Assembly: GCA_023898465.1 (NCBI GenBank)
Contig: CP060223.1
Location: 480,001 to 544,000 of the forward strand
From: Candidatus Nomurabacteria bacterium
GTDB taxonomy: Bacteria; Patescibacteriota; Patescibacteriia; HK-STAS-PATE-3
Direction: 5' to 3'
DNA: 64,000 bases
The position numbers and the translations under genes were made by a program. Under the pieces are notes generated by a model. The model was given only the letters and a program-made list of their open reading frames with translations, was not told where the DNA came from and did not search any database. Positions 10,527 through 20,581 of this stretch are shown here, in pieces (the stretch's first letter is position 1; every line of letters starts with the position of its first letter).

Positions 10527-11743
10527 GTCGACAGTGAACTTAAGATAACTTTACTGTTTTGCGTTACACCGTCCCGTAAGTAATTTATATCCACTTCAGC
10601 GCCTATAGTCACGGACTGGAGTAATTGCTGCAAGCTGTGGGACTGGTCAATATTTTGACCATTCACGGAGATAATGATGTCGCCGTCTTGTAGACCCGCC
10701 TCGCTGGCCGGCCCACCCTCAACAACTGCTGGGTCAGCCGCGGTCCCTGCCAACAAAAACCCATCATTTCGCTGATTCGTTTGGCTCTCACTTAATCCTA
10801 CTGAGTTATGCAAATCATAACCATGCACACCTAATCGAGTCCGTGTGATAAGTCCTGAACTGGTATAGGCCTGAAGAGCTGTTCGTATATATACAACAGG
10901 GAAAATACGATTTGGATTTTCTTGTTGCAAATATATACCTTGCAGAGAACCGTTTTGATCAACCACAATTGACCCCGGGCTCACCGCCGCTTCTCCACTC
11001 AGCAAAATATCGTGGGATAAGACCTCGCTTGATTCAAGCGAAAGCGGATCACTGTTTATTGATGCATTTGCGCTGACTAACTGCGTACTACGAATTTGCG
11101 GCACTCCAAGTGATCGATTCGCACTTAAAATATATAGCCCTTGCCCGGCGTGCAAATCCGCAGCTACACCAAAGCTCAATACTTGGTATTGCTCTCCGCT
11201 CACTTGACCAAGGCTTAGATCGCTAATTGGATCATAGGCAAGAATACTTACGTCCAACTTTTTTCCTGCATTAGTATATGCGACAACCTGACCACTAATG
11301 GTACTTGCATTAACTTTTCCATCAAAAACAAAGATACCATCAGTGGTAACAAAAGCTCCTGTACCAAGGTACGTGTACTGAGTATCCTCAACTTGATATA
11401 CACTAAGGAGTGATTGAGTCACTCGGTCATAAAGCGCCTGCCTGTCTTGGTCAATCCGATCGGTGCTCCCTGTCTCCCGAATAATAACCTCTCGAGCCTC
11501 ATTTGAGGTTTCTGCGAGACGAATATCTCGCCAAAAAGGCCATTGAGGGTTCTGTTGATATAGACTATTGAGAAGTACCATCCCTACTGCCCCAGATAAC
11601 AAACCAAATAGAACCGTGAAAAGAAGAATAGAAATCCAAGAAACTCGTTTACTTGGTTGCTCAATTGTACTTTGGTTATAAAGCTTCTCAACTGAGGCTT
11701 CTTGGGAATATTTTGGGGATGTGGGAGCGATCTTTGGTTTCAT
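10523..11743 (-). CDS. membrane-anchored HtrA-like trypsin-fold + PDZ protein, catalytic His apparently missing
   Basis: N-terminal TM helix. GTGAFVTTDGIFVFDGKV aligns to the GSG...TN.HV block but has no His. C-terminal PDZ-like GLQDGDIIISVNGQNI. ATGA overlap with the S8 gene. Confidence 0.6.
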   Translation of the reverse strand: MKPKIAPTSPKYSQEASVEKLYNQSTIEQPSKRVSWISILLFTVLFGLLSGAVGMVLLNSLYQQNPQWPFWRDIRLAETSNEAREVIIRETGSTDRIDQDRQALYDRVTQSLLSVYQVEDTQYTYLGTGAFVTTDGIFVFDGKVNASTISGQVVAYTNAGKKLDVSILAYDPISDLSLGQVSGEQYQVLSFGVAADLHAGQGLYILSANRSLGVPQIRSTQLVSANASINSDPLSLESSEVLSHDILLSGEAAVSPGSIVVDQNGSLQGIYLQQENPNRIFPVVYIRTALQAYTSSGLITRTRLGVHGYDLHNSVGLSESQTNQRNDGFLLAGTAADPAVVEGGPASEAGLQDGDIIISVNGQNIDQSHSLQQLLQSVTIGAEVDINYLRDGVTQNSKVILSSLST

Positions 11744-11753
11744 ACTTGTACAA

Positions 11754-12518
11754 CTAAACCCAGGAGGCGGTTCCTAATATAATCACGAGTAAGATAAATG
11801 ATAACACAAGAGGACGCAGTATCATGTTGCGTTCAATTTTCTCCTTTAATGCAGCCCGATGCATGGCCACCAAGGTGTAGTAAATGATTGTAATAACAGC
11901 TCCATTTACAATGAAATTTGTTGGAAAAAAGCTCATCACGATAAAGACCTCACTGAGCATGATGGAAAAAACAGCAAACCAGCGCCAACCCCGCACATCC
12001 AGGGTCTTTTTTACCCATAACATTTCATAAGAAACGCTCACGACTACTAAAACCCAAAAAGGCAAGAGCATGAACCAGTTAAATCCCAAAAAAACTATCA
12101 TTCCGTAAAGAGAGGCGCTGGCAAAGAACATAACCACTAACGCAAATCCATTTGAAAGGTTTTCTAAAGCAAAGGGTTGATATCTACCCGGCGAGTAGTG
12201 GTAATGAAAGATTTGTCGATAATAAAAACCAAGAGCAAACGGGATGATAATAGTGATGCCCCATCGAATAAATGACGAGGTGATAAACAAGACAATACTT
12301 TGACTACTGAGATATAACCAAAATGGCAGGATAAGAAGTGACCAAAAAGTTAGCGACCTCCACTGCCGTCCAGCTAGCAAATACACACTAAGGATATTCC
12401 ACACCGTGAGAATGGCGCCGATTATCCAAACTAAGCCAGGACGGAGAGTGAGGACAAACATCCCGCTAAGGAAGACTATTGTTGAAAAGGCTGGTAAAAA
12501 TCTAATAAACGCAAGCAT
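11754..12518 (-). CDS. polytopic membrane protein, unknown function
   Basis: 254-aa ORF with ~8 hydrophobic helices. No recognisable motif. Confidence 0.55.
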   Translation of the reverse strand: MLAFIRFLPAFSTIVFLSGMFVLTLRPGLVWIIGAILTVWNILSVYLLAGRQWRSLTFWSLLILPFWLYLSSQSIVLFITSSFIRWGITIIIPFALGFYYRQIFHYHYSPGRYQPFALENLSNGFALVVMFFASASLYGMIVFLGFNWFMLLPFWVLVVVSVSYEMLWVKKTLDVRGWRWFAVFSIMLSEVFIVMSFFPTNFIVNGAVITIIYYTLVAMHRAALKEKIERNMILRPLVLSFILLVIILGTASWV

Positions 12519-12519
12519 G

Positions 12520-13137
12520 CTATATTCTTCCTAAACCATTTGGGTTATAACCGTTTTTTACCTCTTCGCCATCACTAAAACCGTCACCATCGCTATCTTC
12601 TTCAGTCGGATCAGTTTGATATACATACACCTCTAGAAGGTCGTTTAAGCCATCACCATCGGTGTCGCTTTTCTCTGGGTCAGAGCCATATTGCGCCTCT
12701 AGACGATCGAGTAGTCCATCATTATCTGTATCGGTTCGATATGACACCGAGCTATTTACATTACTCGTATTCGTATTTTGATTTACTGCCCTACTGCTTG
12801 ATGTAGCACTCGTCTGAGTTTGCTGGACTTCACTTGCATTTGTTCCTGGTTGACGTTCAGGTAAAATTCGACGGATCGAATCTTGTAATGCATTCGTGGT
12901 GGAATTTGTTGTTGCTTCAGAGTCATCTTTTTTTGGCACGAGTAAAAGAATTCCACCCCCAACTATTACAATCCCGCTGAGAGAAAGGAGTAGCATGGTA
13001 AATACCCGAGGACTCTTGGGCGATATAACTTTCTTAACATCTGGCTCACTAAATGCGACTGGTTCATCAGGCAAACCAGGACTGTTCAGGGTCCCGCGAG
13101 AGTCGTCGTGCTCAAATTCTGAGTTGGTCTCGGGCAT
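12520..13137 (-). CDS. membrane-anchored protein with thrombospondin-type-3-like Ca-binding Asp repeats
   Basis: TM helix, an N/T/S-rich linker, and C-terminal DTDNDGLLD...DTDGDGLND...DSDGDGFSDGEEV. Confidence 0.65.
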   Translation of the reverse strand: MPETNSEFEHDDSRGTLNSPGLPDEPVAFSEPDVKKVISPKSPRVFTMLLLSLSGIVIVGGGILLLVPKKDDSEATTNSTTNALQDSIRRILPERQPGTNASEVQQTQTSATSSSRAVNQNTNTSNVNSSVSYRTDTDNDGLLDRLEAQYGSDPEKSDTDGDGLNDLLEVYVYQTDPTEEDSDGDGFSDGEEVKNGYNPNGLGRI

Positions 13138-13143
13138 AGCTCA

Positions 13144-13863
13144 TTAACTCTCGAGTCGACCGGATCCCAGAGGGCTATATCCGTTATTTACCTCTTCACC
13201 ATCCAAATAGCCGTCGCCATCGGAATCAGGGTTCAATGGATCGGTGTTATATATGTACACTTCTTTAAAATCGCCAAGATCGTCTCCATCGCTATCACTT
13301 AGGGTTGGATCAGTACCAAGAGCAGCCTCTTGCGTATCAGTTATGCCATCTCTGTCAGTATCAACGTTGGAATTTGTGTTTTGCGCACTGCTGTTTTGAT
13401 TCGACTGATTTGTACTTGTGTTCGTGTTTGACGTATTTGTAGCCTGATTAGCATTTGAGGTGTTTGTATTTGTGGTAAATTCGGTACCAGTATTCAAATT
13501 ACTCGTATTAGTATTGCTTGTGCGATTTACCACAGTGTTACTTGCCTGATTGCTTACCGTATTGGTCGTTTCTGTATTTACATTAGTATTGGTGTCGCTG
13601 GGTAAAAAGAAGAAGTAATATGCAGCCGCTCCACCCGCTACCACCACCAGGATAACGAGGAGTACCCAAAGCCAAGCCTTAGATCCTTTTTTAGGTGGAG
13701 GCGTTTGTGCCTGCCACTGAGGCTGAGGCGGAGTATTTTGATTTTGTTGCGGAATAAAGGGATTTTGAGGTGCTGGCGGAGGTGTAGCTTGTGGAAAACT
13801 TGGAGCTGCACGCATGCCTTGATCTGGCTGCGCTGTTGGTGTTGACTCTTGGTTCTCAAACAT
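13144..13863 (-). CDS. paralog of the preceding gene: Pro/Gln-rich head, TM helix, N/T/S-rich linker, TSP3-like Asp repeats
   Basis: I place the start at Met42 of the track ORF (MFENQES...). The C-terminus DTDRDGITD...DSDGDDLGD...DSDGDGYLDGEEV is colinear with 12520-13137. Confidence 0.6.
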   Translation of the reverse strand: MFENQESTPTAQPDQGMRAAPSFPQATPPPAPQNPFIPQQNQNTPPQPQWQAQTPPPKKGSKAWLWVLLVILVVVAGGAAAYYFFFLPSDTNTNVNTETTNTVSNQASNTVVNRTSNTNTSNLNTGTEFTTNTNTSNANQATNTSNTNTSTNQSNQNSSAQNTNSNVDTDRDGITDTQEAALGTDPTLSDSDGDDLGDFKEVYIYNTDPLNPDSDGDGYLDGEEVNNGYSPLGSGRLES

Positions 13864-14032
13864 ACAAATCCCCTTTACATTAATTACAACGCCTTGAGTG
13901 TACCTGATTTTATAAAAAAAGACTAGAGAATAATATCGAGAGATTGTCAACTCTCTACCAAAAAGCCCCAGTTGGTACTGGAGCATGATTGGTATCGCCG
14001 GCTTACTAAGGAATTCGGCGAGAAGTTCTCAA

Positions 14033-14569
14033 CTAATGAAGATTGGTTTGCAACTGAGCCTTTTGTAGGAGCTTCATTGCCTCGCTAGTAATTACCTGCA
14101 CCTTTTCCTCCCCTTTATCAACTATTTTTTGTAGCACTTCAAAGGGGTGTAGCTTGGTAAAGTTTCCTTGCACCACTTTCTTTGTTTGCTTCTGAATTGC
14201 TCGCGGCATAACTTTTACGACATCATTCATCATATGCTGAGGGGAAAAGATATATGCTGCAGTAACCTTACCACTGTGCATAATCGTCTGCAGACTGCTC
14301 TCTAACTGACGGAGAAACTTCACTCGCAAGGAAGCCTCCACATCTTCTCGCACCGCGCCAGAAGCAAGAGTTTTTCCACCTCGGCGTTTGGCAAAATGGC
14401 CCTCCTTATCTGAGTATTCCGGCGCCTCGATTCTATATGAGAGCACGTTTTCTATTGTGCCATTCATTGCCTCATAGAGCTCGAGGGATTTTGTCCCAGT
14501 CACAATAAACAAGGCGCGCTCATTAGTAAACTGAGGCAGTGTTTGCGTAATATGTAATCTTCGTCGCAT
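14033..14569 (-). CDS. host-attachment (PF10116-like) / bacterial eRF1-like (baeRF) family protein
   Basis: I place the start at MRRRLHIT, preceded by a perfect AGGAGG at 14572-14580. The layout (LFIVTG...LYEA; DKEGHF..RRGG; KFLRQLESSL...AAYIFSPQHMM...NFTKLHPFEVL) matches my memory of the Host_attach family. No search was possible. Confidence 0.45.
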   Translation of the reverse strand: MRRRLHITQTLPQFTNERALFIVTGTKSLELYEAMNGTIENVLSYRIEAPEYSDKEGHFAKRRGGKTLASGAVREDVEASLRVKFLRQLESSLQTIMHSGKVTAAYIFSPQHMMNDVVKVMPRAIQKQTKKVVQGNFTKLHPFEVLQKIVDKGEEKVQVITSEAMKLLQKAQLQTNLH

Positions 14570-14913
14570 AGATCCTCCTACATAAGTTAATAGTTTGAAG
14601 CTATCTCTATATGTATTACCTGAGGGCGAAGAGCATTCTTTCACTTCCACAATGGGGATGAAAAAACCGAGGAGGCAGTTGGCGTTCACTCGGATTCCCC
14701 TGGCGCAGCTGGTGCTGTAGTTGCAGTCCTTTGCTGAATAGATTGTATGTTTAGGTTACTCGCCACAAAAGCACATGTCAATATTGACGCTAGGTAAAAA
14801 CTCTTGTGCAATAATATTTTTTAGTTCGGGGAATCGAAAATCGCCTGCGAATGTTACAGCAGCTTCTTTGCTCTATGCAATTTACCCGTCTCAAGAAATA
14901 ATCTTCGCTGCGA

Positions 14914-14987
14914 TGGCTCGGGAGCAGGGACTCGAACCCCGGTTACTAGGGCCAGAACCTAGCGTCCTACCACTAGACGACTCCCGA
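14914..14987 (-). tRNA. tRNA-Gln (anticodon CUG), CCA encoded
   Basis: Hand-folded cloverleaf: acceptor TCGGGAG/CTCCCGA, D arm GTCT/GGAC, anticodon stem CTAGG/CCTAG with loop TTCTGGC, T arm CGGGG-TTCGAGT-CCCTG. U1:A72 and G73 are typical of tRNA-Gln. Confidence 0.9.
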
Positions 14988-15047
14988 ATCAACGCAGCGC
15001 GATAATGTACAGATTTCCCCTTATATCGTACAGAATACTACCCTACC

Positions 15048-16673
15048 TTATGCGCTAAAAGCCTGCAAGACCTTGTCCCAAGTGCTATCACCAGTCGAAA
15101 CCTCTGAGCGACTAGGGGCCGCTTTTGCAGGGGCCACGCGATCACTCGTATCAAGACTCACATCATCCAAGCGTTGAGGAATATCATCAGCCCGCGTGTA
15201 CTCTACTCGCTCAACCACCCCTTCAATTTTTAAGTCCTCGCCAGTCAATTCACGAAGTGCTTCAAGAAGCACTGCCCTATTTTTATGCTCAAGCAGCTGG
15301 TCACGATGAAATGGATAAGCTGCTGAAATAGTAAAAACCCCCTCCTCTTTGGCTTTTGGACGACACACTTTTAATACCACGGCCAAGCTATGTGAACTTT
15401 CGCTCACCTTTAACACTAATGACTCCCAGAGCTTTTGTACCCCCACGTCAGCAGGTAAAGAGGCTTTTACGGGTTTTTCTTTTTTTGCCTTAGGAGCTGG
15501 CGCTTCGGTTTTTTCCTCTACTTGAGGGATTTCCTCGGTGGGAGCACTAGGGGTTGAAGGAGGCTCAGGTGGGCTTGGCGGATCTTCAGGTGGACGACTT
15601 ATTGTCTCCCCTCCCTGGGATTGTTCAAGTATAAAAAGCTCTATTGGAAGCTCTGGCACTTGTACATCACGAAGCATGCCTTCCAGCTCCAATAATCCAC
15701 GCAACCAACTAGACAACATGCCTGGTCGTAATTTGGTTGAGAGTTCGGCTATATCACCTTTCTTTGCCTGTTTTTCCGCTGCTGTTTGGATTAAATCTTG
15801 CACCACGCCCAACATATCGAGATAGAACTGCTCAACGCGACTACCCGCCGCTAAGGCCTCACGCAATTCATTCCGTGCTTGCAGTGGATCCGCTTCAGTG
15901 ATTGCGGTAAAAACCTTAATAGCCCGCTCGCGGTCACGTCGAGGCAAAACCATTGCCGCAACCTCTTCAGTTATTTCCTTTTCTTCGAGGGAGAGAAGCT
16001 GACTTAAAAGACTCTCTGCATCGCGAATTGAACCGTCTGCTAAGTGAGCTACCTGCTCTAAGACTGAATCAACAACTTTTACCTTTTCCTTCTTACATAA
16101 ATCCTGCAGTCGATCGAGTAAATCTTCTGCCTCTAGACGGCGAAAATCAAAACGCTGACAACGTGAAATAATAGTTTCCGGAACCCGTTCAATGTCAGTT
16201 GTTGCAAAAATAAATACCACAAACTCAGGTGGCTCTTCAATTATCTTAAGTAGTGCGTTAAATGCTGAGGTCGACAGCATATGCACCTCATCGATAATAA
16301 ACACTTTATACGGAAAAACACTCGGACGAGTGCGTGCGTTTGGAATGATGTTCTCGCGCACATTATCTACCTGGGTATGAGAGGCCGCGTCCATTTCAAT
16401 GACATCCATTGCGCGATTCTCACGAAAGGCCTGACAATTTGCACACTTGGTACACGGCTCAGCTCCTTGGCGCTGTGCACAATTGATCGCCTTTGCAAAA
16501 ATGCGAGCAGTGGTTGTTTTACCAACCCCTCTCGGACCAGTGAACATATAGGCATGGCCAATACGGTCGCTGATGATCTCCCGCTCCAAAGGCAAACGAA
16601 TATGCTTTTGGTTCACTAAATCAGCAAAAGTCTGCGGTCGGTAGGTACGTGATAATGAGGTAGTTCCAGCCAT
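15048..16673 (-). CDS. dnaX: DNA polymerase III subunit gamma/tau
   Basis: GHAYMFTGPRGVGKTTTARIFAKAINC Walker A, Zn module C..C..C, DEVHML Walker B, SRCQRF sensor. Pro/Lys-rich linker before the C-terminal domain. Confidence 0.9.
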   Translation of the reverse strand: MAGTTSLSRTYRPQTFADLVNQKHIRLPLEREIISDRIGHAYMFTGPRGVGKTTTARIFAKAINCAQRQGAEPCTKCANCQAFRENRAMDVIEMDAASHTQVDNVRENIIPNARTRPSVFPYKVFIIDEVHMLSTSAFNALLKIIEEPPEFVVFIFATTDIERVPETIISRCQRFDFRRLEAEDLLDRLQDLCKKEKVKVVDSVLEQVAHLADGSIRDAESLLSQLLSLEEKEITEEVAAMVLPRRDRERAIKVFTAITEADPLQARNELREALAAGSRVEQFYLDMLGVVQDLIQTAAEKQAKKGDIAELSTKLRPGMLSSWLRGLLELEGMLRDVQVPELPIELFILEQSQGGETISRPPEDPPSPPEPPSTPSAPTEEIPQVEEKTEAPAPKAKKEKPVKASLPADVGVQKLWESLVLKVSESSHSLAVVLKVCRPKAKEEGVFTISAAYPFHRDQLLEHKNRAVLLEALRELTGEDLKIEGVVERVEYTRADDIPQRLDDVSLDTSDRVAPAKAAPSRSEVSTGDSTWDKVLQAFSA

Positions 16674-16742
16674 ACGATATGCAAAAGCTCACCCATTTTA
16701 GCGAAGGTGAAGTGTTTTGACAACGGAGCAGTGCTTTTGGCT

Positions 16743-17360
16743 CTAGACTGGGGAGTCTAGATCGTCTTCTGCCACTTCAGTCGGAAATTCTTCGAGTGGT
16801 GCTACTGGAGTACCGTCGGACTTTTTGATGATATTTTCCACAGCTGCCCACTGGCTATCCTTTTCTTTTGGCACCAAAATAACGATCTCATCGCCTACCT
16901 CGCCTTTAAAATACGTCACACTGGCCAAAAGCACTTTATATGCTCGATTGGCAGCCGCAACCTCGAATTCGCCACTGGTTTCATCGCGCAATAATTGACC
17001 AATGAGTCGTTGTCGCTCAGTTGGGCCAATCTGCTTATACACAAACGAACCATCGGTCATAATAGTGAGTTTAAGGCGATCGCCTTCAACTAGCTTGGAT
17101 TTTGAGGCATAGTTTGCCGGCACCGAGTACTGCTTGCCATCAGGTCCCAGCATATTTTGACCGTCAAAGAGGCCTTCAACTACTTTGGCGCCGTTTTCAA
17201 CAGTCATTTTACCGTTTTGACGAGCCTGAGCTAAGAGGTCGGTATTTGCGCCAACTGCCTCTGTGCCATCATCCTCAAGCATGGCCTTGGCTCTCGCTAG
17301 GCTCTGCTCGGCACTTTCAATCAATTGACGTATGATTTTTGCGTTATTTCCGTTACTCAT
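16743..17360 (-). CDS. conserved hypothetical protein
   Basis: I place the start at MSNGNNAK (Met18 of the track ORF). Acidic C-terminus. No motif recognised. Confidence 0.55.
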   Translation of the reverse strand: MSNGNNAKIIRQLIESAEQSLARAKAMLEDDGTEAVGANTDLLAQARQNGKMTVENGAKVVEGLFDGQNMLGPDGKQYSVPANYASKSKLVEGDRLKLTIMTDGSFVYKQIGPTERQRLIGQLLRDETSGEFEVAAANRAYKVLLASVTYFKGEVGDEIVILVPKEKDSQWAAVENIIKKSDGTPVAPLEEFPTEVAEDDLDSPV

Positions 17361-17407
17361 TTTGGCTTTCTTTGTGGAAACAGCATAGCAGCCTTTCCCC
17401 CCTGTCG

Positions 17408-17944
17408 TCAACGTATATAGAGGTAGACTGTCCCGCTCTTTGGATCAGGTTTATCAGCCTTTTTTGGAGAAATATTGGGGAAAGGAAAAGCATAGCTTAC
17501 TAAGCGACTTCCCGGTTTTGCCTCGGCTAACCACTTCTTTTCAAGCTTAGCCATGGCTTTTGGAGTAAGAAAACAGGCAATTAGATCGGCTTGATCAAGC
17601 TTCTGATGAAAAAAATCTCGGAAATGCATTTTTGCCTGTGATCGAGCTAAACCGCGCAAACGCCATAACGAGGCAAGGTAAGGAAGAAGCGAAATCTCAA
17701 AACCCTCCGCCCGAGCCTGATATTGCTTTACCGCATGAAGCAAAAAGCGGCCGTCACCGGCTCCCAGGTCCATGACAAGCTCGCCTGGCTGGACATTGCT
17801 TAACTGAAACATCCGCTCAACATCACGTTGACGAGTAGGAAGCCAAGGCGCTGCCCGCAAGCCAGCGAAAGCAGCGCTACCAAGAAATAAAATAAGAAAG
17901 ACAAAGAAGATGAAAATTGGCGATGTGGAAGCGAGGCTTACCAT
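17408..17944 (-). CDS. membrane-anchored class I SAM-dependent methyltransferase
   Basis: N-terminal TM helix followed by motif I VMDLGAGDGRF. Confidence 0.7.
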   Translation of the reverse strand: MVSLASTSPIFIFFVFLILFLGSAAFAGLRAAPWLPTRQRDVERMFQLSNVQPGELVMDLGAGDGRFLLHAVKQYQARAEGFEISLLPYLASLWRLRGLARSQAKMHFRDFFHQKLDQADLIACFLTPKAMAKLEKKWLAEAKPGSRLVSYAFPFPNISPKKADKPDPKSGTVYLYIR

Positions 17945-17955
17945 ATTAAGGCGAC

Positions 17956-20581
17956 CTATGCTTTACCATTAGCGAACCTTGGCCAAGGCCAAAGAGCACT
18001 ATGATACAAGTAATAAATCCCGTTGCGATAAGCGCAAAACCCACAGTAGACCCGCTCAAAATAAATACTCCATACCAAAGTGGGCTGACGAGACAATTCA
18101 CGGACCTGCTGTGCTGCTAATTCGGGGTTTGATGCGGTCGGCGGCAATGACTGCATATTAAAAGCACGAGCCGCAGTATTCTGTATCAAAAGCTTCACAT
18201 ACGCATTATAGCGCTCAATGTTAATCACATCATACTCATTAAAGACCGGTGAAAACTGTCGAGCAAAAACTTCTGCATCTTCCGCCCACCCGGAAAGCCA
18301 ACAAAGTCCCAACTGTACCCAAGACCGCGTCTCGCATGGTCGACTTACCGTCTTCAATAAGCTGACCTAGATATTGATGCGCAAGTGTTAAGCAGAGTCG
18401 ATACTTACGCGCTTCGGAAAGAATAGTTGCAATTGATGGCGTAATAAAATTTTGAAATTCATCAATGTACAGGTAAAAATCTTTGCGCTCTGTTTCAGGC
18501 AAAGCCGCCCGTGACATTGCGGCCATTTGAAGCTTGGTTACCAGGATAAGCCCAAGCAGATTAGAGTTCACTTCACCGGTCCGTCCCTTGGAGAGGTTCA
18601 CCAAGAGTATTTTTTGTTCATCCATTATTTTCCTAAAGTCAAACCCGGAGTGCGGTTGACCAATGATGTTGCGCATCATGCGGTTTTCTACAAAGCGACC
18701 GACTTTAGAAATAAGATAGCCAAGCATTTCGGACTTGTGGAAGTCTGAAGTCTGTGCCATTTCCTTTTCCCAAAAAGCCCGAACAACCGGATCTTGCACC
18801 TTACTCAACTTATATCGCTGGAAAGTCTTGTCAGTAAACATGCGTGGAATATCAACAATCGTTCCTGGTGCCTCGCGATCAGCCGCTAAAGTAAGCATAA
18901 CGTTACGCATATTATGCTCAAACATCGGGCCAATCATTTCTGGCGGGAAAAGCTTGTAGAAAATGGCAATCATTTCTTGTATAGCAAAGTCGATTTGCTC
19001 TTCTCCCTCAGCATCAAGCATATTCAAGCCAATGGGACGCTCAGTATCAGCCGGCTCAAACAATACCACATCCTTCATGCGTTCTTCTGGTATCGAGCCC
19101 AGTAAATGCTCAACTAAATCACCATGCGGATCAATCACGCAGACACCTTCACCGTTGCGAATATCCTGCTTGGCCATTTCCTGCATTTCAACCGATTTAC
19201 CTGTGCCGGTAATACCAATGATATAGGCATGACGGCGACGATCTTCTCGCGAAATACGTATGGGCGTGCGAGCGCCCCGATAGATATTTGTACCAAGTAA
19301 GAGACCTTCCTGTGGCACATTGACCGGTGGTGGCGCCTTACGAGCACCCAACCAAAGAATATTTGGAGTCTCAATCGTGGCTGAGGGCAGGTGATAAAGA
19401 CTGGCCAATTCCTCAGTATTTAACACATAGCGACGGCCCTCATTAAAACTACGATAAACAAAGTCCCGCACAAAACGAGTTTTAGAAAGGAGGGAGCGTT
19501 GTCGAAATCCATTACCTGATTCTGGTGAGGTGTATTGGGAAAAGGCATTCACCACGGCCTGATGAATCATGCGTGCTCGCGCTAGGGTTTGGGAGGCGGC
19601 AATGACACGTATATTCACATGAAAACCTGATTTAGAAGACTTTACCCCAATAGCCTCCACCTTACTCTGCTCAGCCGGCGTCATTTGATATGGAGTCATT
19701 TCCCGTTCCATCCGCTGCCGTCGATCAGCTTCACTTGTACCAGAGACGCTTGATTGCAAAGTACGGAAAGTGGCGCCCAGCACTGACATAGCACCTGAAT
19801 TACCTTGCCCAACCGGCTTACCATCCTGAATACGTCTGGCAATAGCATGTCCGCTCTTTTGCCAGCTCGTACCTGCCGGACGCAAGACCATTTGAATTGC
19901 CGCGCCTTCATTAGGGTCCAGCTTTGACATCACATTAGTTAATGCGTTCAGTGGATCAGACTCAAGTGTACGGTAGCTGCGTATTGGATAGGCGGAAGCT
20001 TTTGCGAGCGTCAAATAACTTCCCGCCACATAACCCTGCGGAGGGAAAATATTATAGTCAGGCACTTCCTCAATATGCGCCATGGGATATTGCGCTTGTA
20101 CTTGTGATTCGAGGAGCTGCTGCAAGTGTCTCGGTACGGCCATGTAAAACTTTATCAATCCCTTTTGCGCAACAATTTCAAACGCGAGATGATCGGTTCG
20201 GCCATAGAGAAAATTATACCAAGCGTTCGTAAGAATATTTGCGTGCTGTTCAGCCTTGATGCCAGCTAGGTTGGCATAGAGCGTTTCTGCCACGGAGAGG
20301 AGTTCGCGCGGATCACTTGGTTGATGTTCATCTTGCGCCGCCTCTTTAGGCACTGTTACGAGCAGTACTACATGCTCCAAAGCAACTGGCACACGATGCT
20401 TTGCTCGCACATACCAGCGAATTAACCAGAGGGCTAATACAACAACCAGCCCAAAAAGCACTATTGGCCATACTACTTGCACTATAGGTTGCTCAAAAAA
20501 ACTCTGGCTAATATCTTCAACCGAGGGGGTGGCTAAACTTCCACCTGGCCCGCCTATTTGTAATAATGCACCAAAAATCAT
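17956..20581 (-). pseudogene. VirD4/TraG/TraD-like type IV coupling-protein ATPase, reading frame broken near 18283-18287
   Basis: Walker A IIGITGTGKSVEM and Walker B FYLYIDEFQNF, with an N-terminal TM region. The 780-aa frame ends ...LLAFRVG+junk. The conserved continuation AEDAEVFARQFSPVFNEYDVINIERYNAYVKLL is in the adjacent frame (track ORF 17956-18357). Confidence 0.7.

Noticed and set aside
17956-18110. Alternative frame at the 3' end of the VirD4-like gene encodes a clean TM-like peptide (SPLWYGVFILSGSTVGFALIATGFITCIIVLFGLG).
   Set aside because: It could mark a second frameshift or a separate small gene, but there is no clear start or SD. I cannot decide without homolog alignments, so it is only mentioned under the frameshift finding.
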